From an uncultured Gemmatimonadales bacterium (GTDB lineage Bacteria > Gemmatimonadota > Gemmatimonadetes > Gemmatimonadales > Gemmatimonadaceae), in NCBI GenBank assembly GCA_963707505.1, contig CAVPQB010000006.1, forward strand, positions 192,001-256,000: DNA of 64,000 nucleotides, in the 5' to 3' direction. Positions 19,443-30,216 of the stretch are shown piece by piece (the stretch's first letter is position 1; every line of letters begins with the position of its first letter). Below the pieces are notes generated by a model. That model saw only the letters and a list, made by a program, of their open reading frames with translations, ran no database searches and was not told the DNA's origin. Position numbers and translations under genes: made by a program.

Positions 19443-20527
19443 GCGCCGACGCACGCCCGATGGCATCGGGCACGCTCTCGCAGAGCGAGATCGACCGCCT
19501 ACTGGGCGGTGCGAGCAACGTTCCGTTCGCCGGCGCGTCGGAAGAATCGCCAGTCCAGATGTACGACTTTCGCCGCCCGCACCGCGTTTCGAAGGAGCGT
19601 CTGCGGACGCTGGAGGCGATTTACGAGCGACTGGTGAAGTCGCTCGAGAGCTGGGTGATTGGTCGCGTACGGGGACAGATCGAGATGCGGCTGCAGGGTG
19701 TCGAGCAGTTCTCGTTCGGCGAGTTCACGCTGTCGCTTCCGACGCCGTGCGCGTCGTTCATCTGCGAGATCAACGACTCCGGTGGACAGCTGGGCGTCGT
19801 CGATATTGGTGAGGAGTTCGCCTTCTATATGGTGGACCGCCTCTTCGGTGGCAGTGGCCAGCAGATGTCGACATCGCGGCCGCTCACGCGTGTGGAGCGC
19901 ATGGCGCTGCGGGGCCTGGTCGACAAGGTCAACTCGCTGCTCGCGGAAGTCTGGTCCGACTACATAACGATGTCGCTGGAGATCAGCTCGTTCGAGTCGT
20001 TCCCGGACATTCTGCTTCAGAGCGCGAACCGTGACGATCCGGTTCTCGTCGCGAACATCGAGGTGACAGCGGGTGACGTCAGCTCGCTGATGCTCGTATG
20101 CCTTCCGTTCGCGGTGCTTGACAAGTTCTTCACCAACACGGCGACACGCAGCTTCGCGAATGCAACTGGCTCCGAGCACGAGCGCGCAGTCAGTCGTGCG
20201 CTCGCTGAACACTCGCTGCGTGCCACGCGCGTCAACGTGTCCGCGCGGCTCCCTGAATTTCGCATGTCGATGCGCGACCTTGCCTCGCTGTCTCAGGGTG
20301 GTGTCATCACGACTGCGTTACCGAGCAACAGTCCCATCCGCGTCATGGTCGGCGACCAGGAGCGTTTCGCCGGAACCGCTGGACGTGTGGGTCACAAGCT
20401 CGCCATTCGTCTCGAGGGCGCCCTCACACAGTCGGGTGAAGTCCGAGGTGCAGCACCAGTTGTCCCACAATTCGATGCTTCGGTGATCGCCGAAGCGCTT
20501 CAAACCCAACCGATCTCCGCCGAGTAA
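19439..20527 (+). CDS. fliM: Motor switch protein FliM
   Basis: LSQSEIDRLL CheY-binding peptide, YDFRRPHRVSKERLRTL, VDRLFGG. Confidence 0.95.
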   Translation: MSADARPMASGTLSQSEIDRLLGGASNVPFAGASEESPVQMYDFRRPHRVSKERLRTLEAIYERLVKSLESWVIGRVRGQIEMRLQGVEQFSFGEFTLSLPTPCASFICEINDSGGQLGVVDIGEEFAFYMVDRLFGGSGQQMSTSRPLTRVERMALRGLVDKVNSLLAEVWSDYITMSLEISSFESFPDILLQSANRDDPVLVANIEVTAGDVSSLMLVCLPFAVLDKFFTNTATRSFANATGSEHERAVSRALAEHSLRATRVNVSARLPEFRMSMRDLASLSQGGVITTALPSNSPIRVMVGDQERFAGTAGRVGHKLAIRLEGALTQSGEVRGAAPVVPQFDASVIAEALQTQPISAE

Positions 20528-20528
20528 C

Positions 20529-20870
20529 ATGGACCAGAATGTGAACGCCGCCGCTGGCGCCGAATCTATCAACGCAGTGGACGCTGGACTTGCCGGCGTC
20601 AACGACGAAGTGCCCATCTCGATGCTGCTCGATCTCACGCTTCCGATATCGATCGAGCTCGGCAGGACGTCGATGACCGTGCAGGACATTCTGCGCCTCG
20701 GGCGCGGTTCCGTGATTCAGCTGGATCGGCTCGCGGGCGAGCCAATCGATGTATTCGTTGGAGATCGTCGATTTGCAGAGGGCGAGGTCGTCCTGTTCGG
20801 TGAGACGTTCGGTGTGCGCATCACACGAATCCTCCCACGCGCCAACGCAGTGGAGGAAATCGCAGCGTGA
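20529..20870 (+). CDS. fliN: Motor switch protein FliN
   Basis: LLDLTLPISIELGRT, GSVIQLDRLAGEP, GEVV...FGVRIT. Confidence 0.95.
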   Translation: MDQNVNAAAGAESINAVDAGLAGVNDEVPISMLLDLTLPISIELGRTSMTVQDILRLGRGSVIQLDRLAGEPIDVFVGDRRFAEGEVVLFGETFGVRITRILPRANAVEEIAA

Positions 20871-21379
20871 GTGCTCCTTCGTTCCTGATGGTCATGGCGA
20901 TGCTAGCCATCGTGCTCGGCGCGATGGGTATTGCAATGCGTGTGCTGCGACGCTACGCAATGACCAACGCATCGAAGAAAGGCAGCGTCAAGATGGAAAT
21001 CGTCCAGCGGCTGTCGCTCGGTCAGCGCCAGGGACTCGCGGTGGTGCGCATCGGTACGCGCCTGCTCGCCGTGTCGATGGGCGAGGGTGGAGTTCACCAG
21101 GTCGCGGAGCTGGGCGAGGCCGATCTCGCATCGACGGCTGATGCAGCAAAGGCAGCGGCAAGCGCGCCGATTCACGCGATCGCAGACGGGATTCGCAAGC
21201 TGGTTCTGATCCGCGGTAACGGCGAAGCCACGCCGAAGTACACATCGGGCGGCAACGTGTTGGATGGGTCCGCAGCAGCTCGTAGCGGCAAGAAGGATGG
21301 CAAGCGCATTTCCTACGTCGCGCCCATGGAAGACTTCCAGGCCGTGCTGAGCATGGCAATGGCGGGCGGTACCAAGTAG
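20867..21379 (+). CDS. fliO: FliO/FliZ export protein
   Basis: N-terminal TM then IVQRLSLGQRQGLAVVRIG; between fliN and fliP. Confidence 0.85.
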   Translation: MSAPSFLMVMAMLAIVLGAMGIAMRVLRRYAMTNASKKGSVKMEIVQRLSLGQRQGLAVVRIGTRLLAVSMGEGGVHQVAELGEADLASTADAAKAAASAPIHAIADGIRKLVLIRGNGEATPKYTSGGNVLDGSAAARSGKKDGKRISYVAPMEDFQAVLSMAMAGGTK

Positions 21380-22458
21380 TGACGACTCGCGGCGTTGTCA
21401 TTGGACTTGCAACTCTGCTGGCGTTCGCGCCGGCGAGCGCGTCGTTGCTCGCGCAGGTGCCGGCACAAACTGCGGCTCAGGGCGCGAATACGGCACCAGC
21501 GGGAGCCAGCGCCGCAAGCGCGCTTCAGTCCATTGCGAACTCGACGAATGTCGCAGCGCCGCAGTCTGCCGTTCAGCAGTCGACCGCACAGCCAAACGCG
21601 ATCCCACAGCCGCCAAGGATCACGGCGCCAGCGACGAACGCGGCAGCCGGAGGCACGGCCGGTACGCGCGCCGCGCGCGCCGCGGCTCAACCGGCTGCAC
21701 CGAAGACCGCCAACACAGCGGCAGCGAATGCGCCGTTGACTCCGTCGCCCAGCGTGGACAACATGGTCTCCAAGTTGACGCCTCAGATGGATCTGCGCGT
21801 CGGCGGCGGCAAGGACGACGGTGGTCTTCGTCTGAGCGGAACGGTCGGCATCGTTGTGATGATGGGACTGCTGACGTTGCTCCCGACGCTCGTGCTCCTG
21901 ATGACGGGCTTCACGCGCATCCTCATCGTACTCAACTTCCTTCGCCAGGCGCTCGGCACGCAGAACGCTCCGCCGGCACAGATGGTCGCCGCGCTGTCGC
22001 TCATCCTCACCGGATTCGTGATGGCACCGACGCTCAACAAGGTGAATGAGACCGCGCTACAGCCGTGGATGAACGGCAAGATCGAGCAGGGTGAGATGAT
22101 GAAGATCGCAGTCGTGCCGTTCCGCGAATTCATGCTCGCGCATACGCGTGATCACGACCTGCAGGTGTTCATCGACATGAGCAGCGGCGTCGCTCCGCAC
22201 AATGAAGACGAGATTCCGCTCGTGACGCTGGTGTCCGCATTCGCGACGAGCGAGCTGCGCACGGCATTCCAGATCGGCTTTGCATTGTTCCTGCCGTTCA
22301 TCATCATCGACATCGTCGTGTCGAGCGTGCTGATGAGCATGGGCATGTTCATGCTTCCGCCGGCGATGATCTCGCTGCCGTTCAAGTTGCTGCTCTTCGT
22401 CCTCGTGGACGGCTGGACACTCGTCGTCCAGTCGCTCGTGACCAGCTTCCGCGTCTAG
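21379..22458 (+). CDS. fliP: Export gate protein FliP with long Ala/Pro-rich N-terminal extension
   Basis: MTGFTRILIVL, ALGTQNAPP, AFATSELRTAFQIGF, MGMFMLPPAMISLPFKLLLFVLVDGW. Confidence 0.96.
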   Translation: MTTRGVVIGLATLLAFAPASASLLAQVPAQTAAQGANTAPAGASAASALQSIANSTNVAAPQSAVQQSTAQPNAIPQPPRITAPATNAAAGGTAGTRAARAAAQPAAPKTANTAAANAPLTPSPSVDNMVSKLTPQMDLRVGGGKDDGGLRLSGTVGIVVMMGLLTLLPTLVLLMTGFTRILIVLNFLRQALGTQNAPPAQMVAALSLILTGFVMAPTLNKVNETALQPWMNGKIEQGEMMKIAVVPFREFMLAHTRDHDLQVFIDMSSGVAPHNEDEIPLVTLVSAFATSELRTAFQIGFALFLPFIIIDIVVSSVLMSMGMFMLPPAMISLPFKLLLFVLVDGWTLVVQSLVTSFRV

Positions 22459-22461
22459 AGC

Positions 22462-22732
22462 ATGTCACACGTCCTCGTCGTCGATCTCGCGCGCAACATG
22501 ATCATGACAGCGCTGCTCGATCGCGTCGCCGATGCTGGTCGTCGCGCTCGCTGTCGGTCTGGTCATATCGATCATCCAGGCGGTGACACAGATCCAGGAG
22601 CAGACGCTCTCGTTCGTTCCCAAGCTCGTCGCTGTCGCGGTTACGTTCATCATCGCGCTGCCGTGGATCATCCAGATCATGGTCAAGTACACGAGCGAGC
22701 TGTTTCGCTCACTGCCGTCCATGATTTCGTGA
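22462..22732 (+). CDS. fliQ: Export gate protein FliQ (frameshift near 22520)
   Basis: VGLVISIIQAVTQIQEQTLSFVPKL. Confidence 0.93.
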
Positions 22733-23528
22733 CCGACGTCCGCCCATTCGATCTGTTCGCGCCCGGTTCCGGGACCGTGGCCGTGCTCGTCGCATTGCGT
22801 CTCACAGGACTCATGCTCATCGCACCGGTATTCTCGGCTGCGACGGTGCCGGTCAAGTGGCGCACTTCGCTTCTGATAGTGCTGACGATCGTGATCCAGC
22901 CCATCGCGTATGCGCAACATGCGCGTGATCCCGCAGATCACGCCGTCATCCGGCGATGGGCGAGCTGCTCGTGGGCTTCGGGATCGGACTCGGCGCTGCG
23001 CTGTTGGTCGGCGCGGCTGAAAGTGCGGGCGACCTGTTGGCAATCCAGATCGGACTGTCGGGCGCGTCACTGCTCGATCCGCTCACCCGGCAGACGTCGC
23101 CCGTGCTGGCGAACTTTCTATCGCTGTTCGCGATAACGATTCTTCTCGCGCTCAACGTGCACCTCGGCATGATCGAGGCGCTCGCTGCAAGCCTCCGCGC
23201 CGTGCCGGTCGGCAGCGCGCTGGACCTTCACGCAGGACTCGCAAATCTTCTCGCACTTGCGAGTACGCTGTTCCTCGCCGGACTCAGATTCGCGGCGCCG
23301 GTCATCGCAACCGTAATGATTGGTAATGCGGCGCTCGCGGTACTCAGTCGCGCGACGCCGCAGCTGAACATTCTTTCCGTTGCCTTCCCGCTTCAGATCG
23401 GACTGGGTCTGTTCGCGCTCGGCATCGCTCTCCCATTCATCGCCAGCACGCTCGGCAACTGGCCGACCGCTTACGATCAGCAGCTCTCATCGTTCTTCAC
23501 GGCGATCGCGCCGGGAGGCATGCACTGA
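22729..23528 (+). CDS. fliR: Export gate protein FliR (frameshift near 22930)
   Basis: RLTGLMLIAPVFS in one frame; GELLVG, AGDLLAIQIGL, RATPQLNILSVAFP in the next. Confidence 0.92.
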
Positions 23529-23530
23529 GC

Positions 23531-24646
23531 ATGGCTGATGACTACGGCGATAAAACAGAAGAAGCGACCCCCAAGAAACGTCAGGAAGCGCAGGAGGAAG
23601 GACGCATTCCGAAGAGCCCCGAGCTTTCGGTCGCCGTCCTGCTGCTCGGCATCGCACTCGTGCTGACCGCGATCGTGCCGCACGTTGCGAGCCGCCTGTT
23701 CGCCATCATGGGCGAGGGTCTCGCTTCAGCCGGTGATACGTCGTTCTCAGCGGAGAGCGCGATCAGGACTCTGCAGGCGCTCGGGTGGCGCACCTTGTCG
23801 GCGATCATGCTCGTCGCATCGGCGATGGCCGGCATGTCGCTCGTAATCAACGCCGTGCAGGCTCGCGGCGTGTTCTCGCTCAAGCCCATCACGCCGCAGT
23901 TCAAGCGCATCAATCCGGCTTCGAACATCAAGCGACTCGTCGGGATGCAGGCGCTCGTCGAGCTTGCGAAATCGCTCTTCAAGCTCATCATCGTCGGCTT
24001 CGCGATACACGCGGCCCTTGGACGCGACGCGATCAATGCAATCGTCGTCACCACTCAGCAGTCGCCGATCGCGCTGCTGCAGGTCGTCACCCACTACTCG
24101 GTCAAGCTCATCATGACCGCGGGACTGGCGTACCTGGCGCTCGCACTGGCCGATTATCTGTGGCAGTACTGGCAGTTTTCGAAGGAAATGCGCATGAGCA
24201 AGGCGGAGATCAAGCAGGAGTTCAAGAACTCCGAAGGTGATCCGCTCCTCAAGCAGCGCATGCGCTCGATCGGCCGCGCGATGGCACGCAAGCAGATGCT
24301 CAGGGATGTACCGAATGCCGATGTCGTGATCGTCAATCCGACTCACCGCGCCATTGCGCTCAAGTACGATCCGTCCAAGGCGCCAGCGCCGATTGTCCTT
24401 GCCATGGGTCAACGCAAGGTTGCGGAGCGCATCAAGAAGCTCGCGCTCGAGAACGGCGTTCCTATCGTCGAGAACCGTCCGCTCGCAATCGCGCTCATCA
24501 AGCATGCTCGCGTGGGAATGGTGATTCCCGTCGAGCTGTATCTCGCGGTCGCTGAAGTCCTCGCATTCGTGATTCGCCAGCGGCATGAGCGCGGCGCACG
24601 CTGGGCATATCGCCCGATCTCGCATCTCGTCGGAGACACGGTCTGA
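23531..24646 (+). CDS. flhB: Export switch protein FlhB
   Basis: [18 protein letters not shown] autocleavage motif, [12 protein letters not shown]. Confidence 0.97.
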   Translation: MADDYGDKTEEATPKKRQEAQEEGRIPKSPELSVAVLLLGIALVLTAIVPHVASRLFAIMGEGLASAGDTSFSAESAIRTLQALGWRTLSAIMLVASAMAGMSLVINAVQARGVFSLKPITPQFKRINPASNIKRLVGMQALVELAKSLFKLIIVGFAIHAALGRDAINAIVVTTQQSPIALLQVVTHYSVKLIMTAGLAYLALALADYLWQYWQFSKEMRMSKAEIKQEFKNSEGDPLLKQRMRSIGRAMARKQMLRDVPNADVVIVNPTHRAIALKYDPSKAPAPIVLAMGQRKVAERIKKLALENGVPIVENRPLAIALIKHARVGMVIPVELYLAVAEVLAFVIRQRHERGARWAYRPISHLVGDTV

Positions 24647-26743
24647 TGGCGGCAATAGCAGCAAAACCGGTGACCACAACCGCGGCCCCCGGCAAGGGAG
24701 GCGCTGAAGTCGGTCTCGCCGTAGCAGTCGTCCTCGTCATCGGCCTGTTGATCATTCCACTGCCGGGCATAATGCTCGACATGCTGCTCGTGACGAGCAT
24801 CTCGCTCTCACTGGTGGTCCTGCTCTCGGCCCTGTACACGACCAACCCTCTCGAGTTCAGCTCGTTCCCTGGCCTGCTGCTGCTGCTCACTCTGTTCCGG
24901 CTCGCGCTGAACGTCGCGAGTACGCGACTGATCCTGACGCACGGCGAGGCCGGGCACGTCATTCAGGCATTCGGTGAGTTCGTGATTGGCGGCAACTACG
25001 CCGTCGGACTCGTGTTGTTCCTGATTCTCATCGGCATCAACTTCATCGTCATTACAAAGGGTGCCGGACGTGTTGCAGAAGTCGCTGCGCGATTCACACT
25101 CGACGCGATGCCGGGCAAGCAGATGGCGATCGACGCTGATCTGAATGCGGGGCTCATCGACGAGAATGAAGCGCGCCGCCGCCGCGCCGAGATCTCGAGC
25201 CAGGCCGATTTCTACGGCGCGATGGACGGCTCGTCCAAGTTCGTGAAGGGAGACGCGATCGCTGCGTTGATCATCACCTTCATCAACATCATCGGCGGAA
25301 TATTCATCGGTGTCGTGCAGAAGGGTCTTCCGTTCTCGCAGGCCGTAAGCACGTATACCATCCTCACCGTTGGTGAAGGGCTCGTATCGCAGATCCCGTC
25401 GCTGGTCGTTTCGACGGCTGCCGGTATCATGGTCACCCACTCTGCCGGCTCCGACGCAGATGGGAACCGTCGTCGCGTCGCAGATGACCAGGCACCCGCG
25501 CGCCATGTGGATCGCGGCCGGCGTGCTGGCGATGTTCTCCGTGGTTCCGGGCCTTCCCATGCTGCCGTTCCTGTCGCTCGCCTGCATCCTCGGAATGCTT
25601 GCACGCGCGGCGTCAGCGGCAGAAAAGAAGCGCGCGGCGACCGCAGTCTCCGCACTGTCGACACCGCAATCCGAATCGCCAACGTCAACCGATCCGATGA
25701 AGGATCTGCTCCAGATCGATCCGATCGAGCTCGAGGTTGGCTACGCACTCATTCCGCTCGTCGACGAGCGTCAGGGCGGCGATCTGCTCGACCGTATCTC
25801 CATGCTGCGCAAACAGGCGGCAGTCGAGCTCGGAATTCTCATTCCGCCAGTTCGCATCCGCGACGACATCCGACTGCCGTCGAACGAATACGTGATCAAG
25901 CTTCGCGGAAGCGAGATGGCCCGGGGCGAGGTCATGCCACGCTTCCTCATGGCGCTCAACACCGGCGCGGTGATCTCGCCGATCGAAGGAATCGACGCTG
26001 TCGATCCGAGCTTCGGCATGCCGGCACGATGGATCGCAACCAATCGTCGCGCAGATGCGGAAGCCTACGGCTACGTGGTCGTCGAGCCGTCCACCGTCGT
26101 CGCCACACATCTGATGGAAGTCCTGAAAGCGAATGCGGCCGAGCTGCTCGGACGCCAGGACGTTCAGGAGATGGTCGAGACACTCAAGAAGACGCATCCA
26201 GCACTGGTCGACGACATCGTTCCAACCAAGATCTCGCTCGGTACGCTCCACCGCGTGCTCCAGCGTCTTCTCCGCGAGCGTATCCCGATCCGCGATCTCG
26301 TCACGATCCTCGAAGCGCTCGGCGACTCCGCCGACACCACCAAGGATCCGGAAGCGCTCACCGAGCACGTGCGCCGCTCGCTGTCCAACGTCATCGCGCG
26401 GTTGTACGCCGAGCCGGATTCGTCGGTGCGCGGAATCACGATGGGGCCACGTCTCGAGCAGGCGCTTACAGGCCTCTTCTCACCGCGCACAGCGCAGCCT
26501 GGAATATCGATGCTCAATCCGGACGCACTCGCGAGAATGCTCCGGGATCTCAATGACATGTCGCAGGCGTATTCGACTGAAGGACGGCCCATACCACTGG
26601 TTACGCCGCCAAGTCTGCGTGTTGGCGTGCGGCGCCTCATCGAGCCAGTGCTTCCAGCACTGCCGGTCATCTCGCTCGCAGAGCTTCCCACAGCGGTGAA
26701 TCTGCACAGCGTAGGCATGTGGGAGATGGCGAATGCCGCATGA
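24646..26743 (+). CDS. flhA: Export gate protein FlhA (frameshift near 25450)
   Basis: [41 protein letters not shown]; second frame [24 protein letters not shown]. Confidence 0.96.
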
Positions 26744-27287
26744 TCTGAGCGCACCGCGCATCATCGTGGCGTCCGGGATGTCGGGGACCGGTGTGTCGTC
26801 GGTCAGCTCGTGTCTGCAGGATGCTGCACCGGCTTTGAATGTCATCGACGCGGGATCACAATGGACGGATATCACCGAAGCATGCGCGCCAGGATTCACG
26901 CGCATGATCGTCGTGACGACACACGACATCATCGCGATCACGTCGTCGTACGCGTTGATCAAGATGGTCCGAGATCATTTCACGGATGCACCGCTCGAGC
27001 TGCTGGTCAACTCGAGTGAAGAGCGCGACGCGCTCAAGACGTACGAGAGGATACAGGTGGCGTGCAGCCACTTCCTCGGCGAAACAGTCGGCTACGCGGG
27101 TTCCGTACCGACTGACGCTGGTGAGCAAGAACCTGGCGAGAATGACGCAATGAAACCGGCGCGTGCCCCACTCGGCGCAACCGCTACCATGGCGATCCAC
27201 AATCTCGCAACACGATTGGATGAAGAACTTGAAGCGACAGTGCTACGAGGCTCGTGGCGTCACGGTGAGCGAAGAGGAGTGCTATGA
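26733..27287 (+). CDS. Shortened, degenerate FlhG/FleN (MinD-family)-like protein
   Basis: IIVASGMSGTGVSS (degenerate P-loop), VIDAGS, IVVTT...AITSSYALIKMV, LLVN, YAGSVP; position between flhA and fliA. Confidence 0.72.
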   Translation: MPHDLSAPRIIVASGMSGTGVSSVSSCLQDAAPALNVIDAGSQWTDITEACAPGFTRMIVVTTHDIIAITSSYALIKMVRDHFTDAPLELLVNSSEERDALKTYERIQVACSHFLGETVGYAGSVPTDAGEQEPGENDAMKPARAPLGATATMAIHNLATRLDEELEATVLRGSWRHGERRGVL

Positions 27288-28048
27288 CAAAAATGGATAT
27301 GCAGCTTTGGAAGGAATTTGCGCGCGGCAGCCAGGAGGCGCGCGACAGCCTCCTCTCCGAGCATCTCGGTCTGGTCCACCACGTCGCGCGGCAGTTGTCG
27401 CGCACACTGGCGGCCAAAGCCGACGTCGATGAGATGGTGAGCGCCGGTACAATGGGGTTGATGAGCGCACTGTCGGGTTTCGACCCGTCGCGTGGACTCG
27501 CCTTCAGCACGTTCGCCGCTCCACGGATTCGCGGCGCGATTCTGGACGAGCTGCGCAGGCAGGATCACGTCCCACGCTCCGTTCGCCGAAAGGCGCGCGA
27601 GCTCTCCGGCGCTCGTGAAACACTCCAGCGAATCTTTGGGCGTCCGCCCGAACCGCAGGAGATGGCCGAGCACCTGGGCGTCGACGTCGCCACGCTCTGG
27701 CGCTGGGAGGCTGACGTCGAGAATGCCGTGCATCTCTCGATCGATCGTCAGCCGGGCGAGCCCGATTCCGGAATGGCAGCGCCCGCTGAGATGCTCGCCG
27801 ACGAGACGCACGGTGACATAGAGGAAACGCTCAACCATGAACAGGAAGTCTCGCTTCTCCGAGACGCGATCATGGAGCTCAAGGAGCAGGAGCGCGTGGT
27901 ACTGTCGCTTTACTACTTCGAGGAGCTGAAGCTTCACGAAATCGCGTCGGTGCTAAACCTCACGGAGAGCCGCGTAAGCCAGATCCGCTCAAAGGCGCTA
28001 GGAAAATTGCGCACTGAGCTGGGCCCGATTCGTAGCTTCGTCGCCTGA
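27284..28048 (+). CDS. fliA: RNA polymerase sigma28 factor FliA
   Basis: FDPSRGLAFSTFAAPRIRGAILDELR, VPRSVR, LSLYYFEELKLHEIA, TESRVSQI. Confidence 0.96.
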   Translation: MTKMDMQLWKEFARGSQEARDSLLSEHLGLVHHVARQLSRTLAAKADVDEMVSAGTMGLMSALSGFDPSRGLAFSTFAAPRIRGAILDELRRQDHVPRSVRRKARELSGARETLQRIFGRPPEPQEMAEHLGVDVATLWRWEADVENAVHLSIDRQPGEPDSGMAAPAEMLADETHGDIEETLNHEQEVSLLRDAIMELKEQERVVLSLYYFEELKLHEIASVLNLTESRVSQIRSKALGKLRTELGPIRSFVA

Positions 28049-28055
28049 TTTGTAG

Positions 28056-28192
28056 CGGCAATTATTGCCTGTAGGCAGAAATTACCGAGCAGATGCCTCG
28101 TTTCAGGACCGTGTAACGGCAGGTCAAGTCTTTATCTACCAATGACTTACACGGTTTATCAACAGGCTGCTCAGAGTGGTATCCGTGTTGCC
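28056..28192 (+). promoter_or_regulatory. Sigma54 promoter of the flgF operon with enhancer dyads and IHF-like box
   Basis: TGGTATCCGTGTTGCC (GG 28178-79, GC 28190-91); dyads cggcaattattgcct 28056-70 and aggcagaaattaccg 28073-87; CAATGACTTA 28140-49. Confidence 0.78.
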
Positions 28193-28225
28193 AATACGGA
28201 CCATGTCAAACCGGAGATCCGAAAA

Positions 28226-28951
28226 ATGGGTGCAAGTGTCCGACCGAATGGAATGTCCAGCGCCGCCGCCGCGCTCCGCTACTGGGAGCGCAGGCAGGAG
28301 GTCGCGTCGAACAACCTCGCGAACGTCTCGACCGACGGCTTCAAAGGCCAGAAGGTCTTCGCGCGCATGGTCGAAGGTGCACTCCCCGCCGCTGATGCGG
28401 TGACGGATTTCTCGCAGGGAACTCTGCAGAACACCAGCAATCCTCGCGACATAGCGCTGGACGGTCCCGGCTTTTTCGTAGTCAAGACTGCGAACGGCGA
28501 GCGATACAGCCGCGGCGGGTCGGTGCAGGTCAACGAATCCGGAGAGCTTACCGATTCGGCTGGTCACCAGCTGCTCGGCGAAAACGGTCCCATTCGTGTC
28601 GCGGCACGGGGCGACGACCAGATCGGAAACCTCCAGATCGCGAAGGACGGGACGGTATCCGTGGGTAACGCCGAGGTAGGGCGCCTGCGCATCGAGACAA
28701 TCCCGGCAAAAACAACACTTCTGACGGAAGGCAGCGGGCTGTTCATCCCACCCGCCGCACGCACGAAAATAGATCCCGACGCCCGAATTGTCCGACAGGG
28801 CGCTCTCGAACAGAGCAACGTGACGCCGATCAGCGAGATGGTGGACATGATCTCGATTCAGCGCTCGTTCACGGCAGTGCAGCAGGCAGTGACCGCGCTC
28901 GACACGACGCGTCAAATCGCGACAACCGAGCTGGCCCGCCCCGCAAACTAA
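28226..28951 (+). CDS. flgF: Proximal rod protein FlgF
   Basis: QEVASNNLANVSTDGFK, DFSQGTLQNT, YSRGGS, LEQSNV; start moved to ATG 28226 (GGAG RBS, downstream of the promoter). Confidence 0.9.
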   Translation: MGASVRPNGMSSAAAALRYWERRQEVASNNLANVSTDGFKGQKVFARMVEGALPAADAVTDFSQGTLQNTSNPRDIALDGPGFFVVKTANGERYSRGGSVQVNESGELTDSAGHQLLGENGPIRVAARGDDQIGNLQIAKDGTVSVGNAEVGRLRIETIPAKTTLLTEGSGLFIPPAARTKIDPDARIVRQGALEQSNVTPISEMVDMISIQRSFTAVQQAVTALDTTRQIATTELARPAN

Positions 28952-28963
28952 GGAGACTGACAC

Positions 28964-29758
28964 ATGGATCCCGCACTTCGCACAGCAGCAACAGGCATGC
29001 AGGCGCAGCAGACGCGCACCGACGTCATCGCCAACAATCTTGCCAACGTCAACACAACCGGCTTCAAGCGGAGCCGCGCACATTTCGAAGACCTGCTGTA
29101 CCAGACACTCCAGGGACCGGCAACGCTCGGCTCACGTGACACCGAGCAGCTTCCCGCCATCCAGGTTGGACTGGGTACACGCCTCACCGCCGTGCAGCGA
29201 ATCGATTCGCAGGGCTCGCTCGAGCAGACCTCTCGCCCGCTGGATCTCGCGATTCAGGGCGAGGGCTACTTCGAGGTGCAGATGCCGAACGGCAATACAG
29301 CGTACACGCGTGACGGAAGCCTTCAGGTCTCGGATCAGGGCGTGTTGGTGACTGGACAGGGCTATGCGATTCAGCCGCCCATCAGAGTTCCGAAGGAAGC
29401 GACGTCGATCACCATATCCGAGACTGGCGTCGTTACAGCCAACGGATTGACGACAGCTGCGGGCGGCACGCAGGAACTCGGGCGCATAGAGCTGGCGCGC
29501 TTCCCCAACTCATCGGGATTGGAATCGATGGGACAGAATCTCTTTACGGAGACCACGTCATCCGGCGAGCCGATCAGAGGGATGCCGACCGAGAATGGTA
29601 ACGGCAGCATCGCGCAGGGTTACCTCGAGTCCAGCAACGTCGAGATCGTCACCGAGATGGTGGACATGATCACTGCTCAGCGCGCCTACGAGATCAACTC
29701 CAAGGCGATCAAGAACAGCGAAGACATGGCGCAGACCGCTAACTCGTTGATGCGATAA
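28964..29758 (+). CDS. flgG: Distal rod protein FlgG
   Basis: ALRTAATGMQAQQ, ANNLANVNTTGFK, FEDLLYQ, YTRDGS, AQRAYEINSK. Confidence 0.96.
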   Translation: MDPALRTAATGMQAQQTRTDVIANNLANVNTTGFKRSRAHFEDLLYQTLQGPATLGSRDTEQLPAIQVGLGTRLTAVQRIDSQGSLEQTSRPLDLAIQGEGYFEVQMPNGNTAYTRDGSLQVSDQGVLVTGQGYAIQPPIRVPKEATSITISETGVVTANGLTTAAGGTQELGRIELARFPNSSGLESMGQNLFTETTSSGEPIRGMPTENGNGSIAQGYLESSNVEIVTEMVDMITAQRAYEINSKAIKNSEDMAQTANSLMR

Positions 29759-29760
29759 AG

Positions 29761-30216
29761 ATGAAGAGACACAACGCCGCATTTCTGGCCGGACTCATGT
29801 GCTTCGTGCACAGCGCACGCGCGCAATCCGTCGGTCGCGGTACGAACAGGGTCCCAGTCGCCGCGCGCGATCTCATGCGCGGGACGATTCTGTCATCCAC
29901 CGACATCAAGTGGACGGACACGACGTTGACCGATGGAAGCACACCGACCGCGGCGGCGGCCGTCGCGCCCGGATGGGTCGCGCGCCGAGTGATTCGCGCC
30001 GGTGAGATTCTTCAGGAACCTGGCGTCGCCAAGCCTGATCTCGTCAATGCCGGCGATGCGGTCGATGTGATTTACTCGGTACCGGGCGTCGCAATACGAA
30101 TGCATGGAACAGCGGTTGGACGCGGCAGCAAGGGCGACGAAGTGTATGTACGACTCGACAACAGACGGCGCCTGCGCGGCATAATCGCGGGACCGAACAC
30201 CGTGAGGGTGATGTAA
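29761..30216 (+). CDS. flgA: P-ring chaperone FlgA (SAF domain)
   Basis: Signal peptide, VPVAARDLMRG, LVNAGDAV, GSKGDEVYVR; between flgG and flgH. Confidence 0.85.
   Translation: MKRHNAAFLAGLMCFVHSARAQSVGRGTNRVPVAARDLMRGTILSSTDIKWTDTTLTDGSTPTAAAAVAPGWVARRVIRAGEILQEPGVAKPDLVNAGDAVDVIYSVPGVAIRMHGTAVGRGSKGDEVYVRLDNRRRLRGIIAGPNTVRVM

Noticed and set aside
28142..28225. Longer flgF start given by the ORF track
   Set aside because: It overlaps the IHF-like box and sigma54 promoter; ATG 28226 has an RBS and fits FlgF length.
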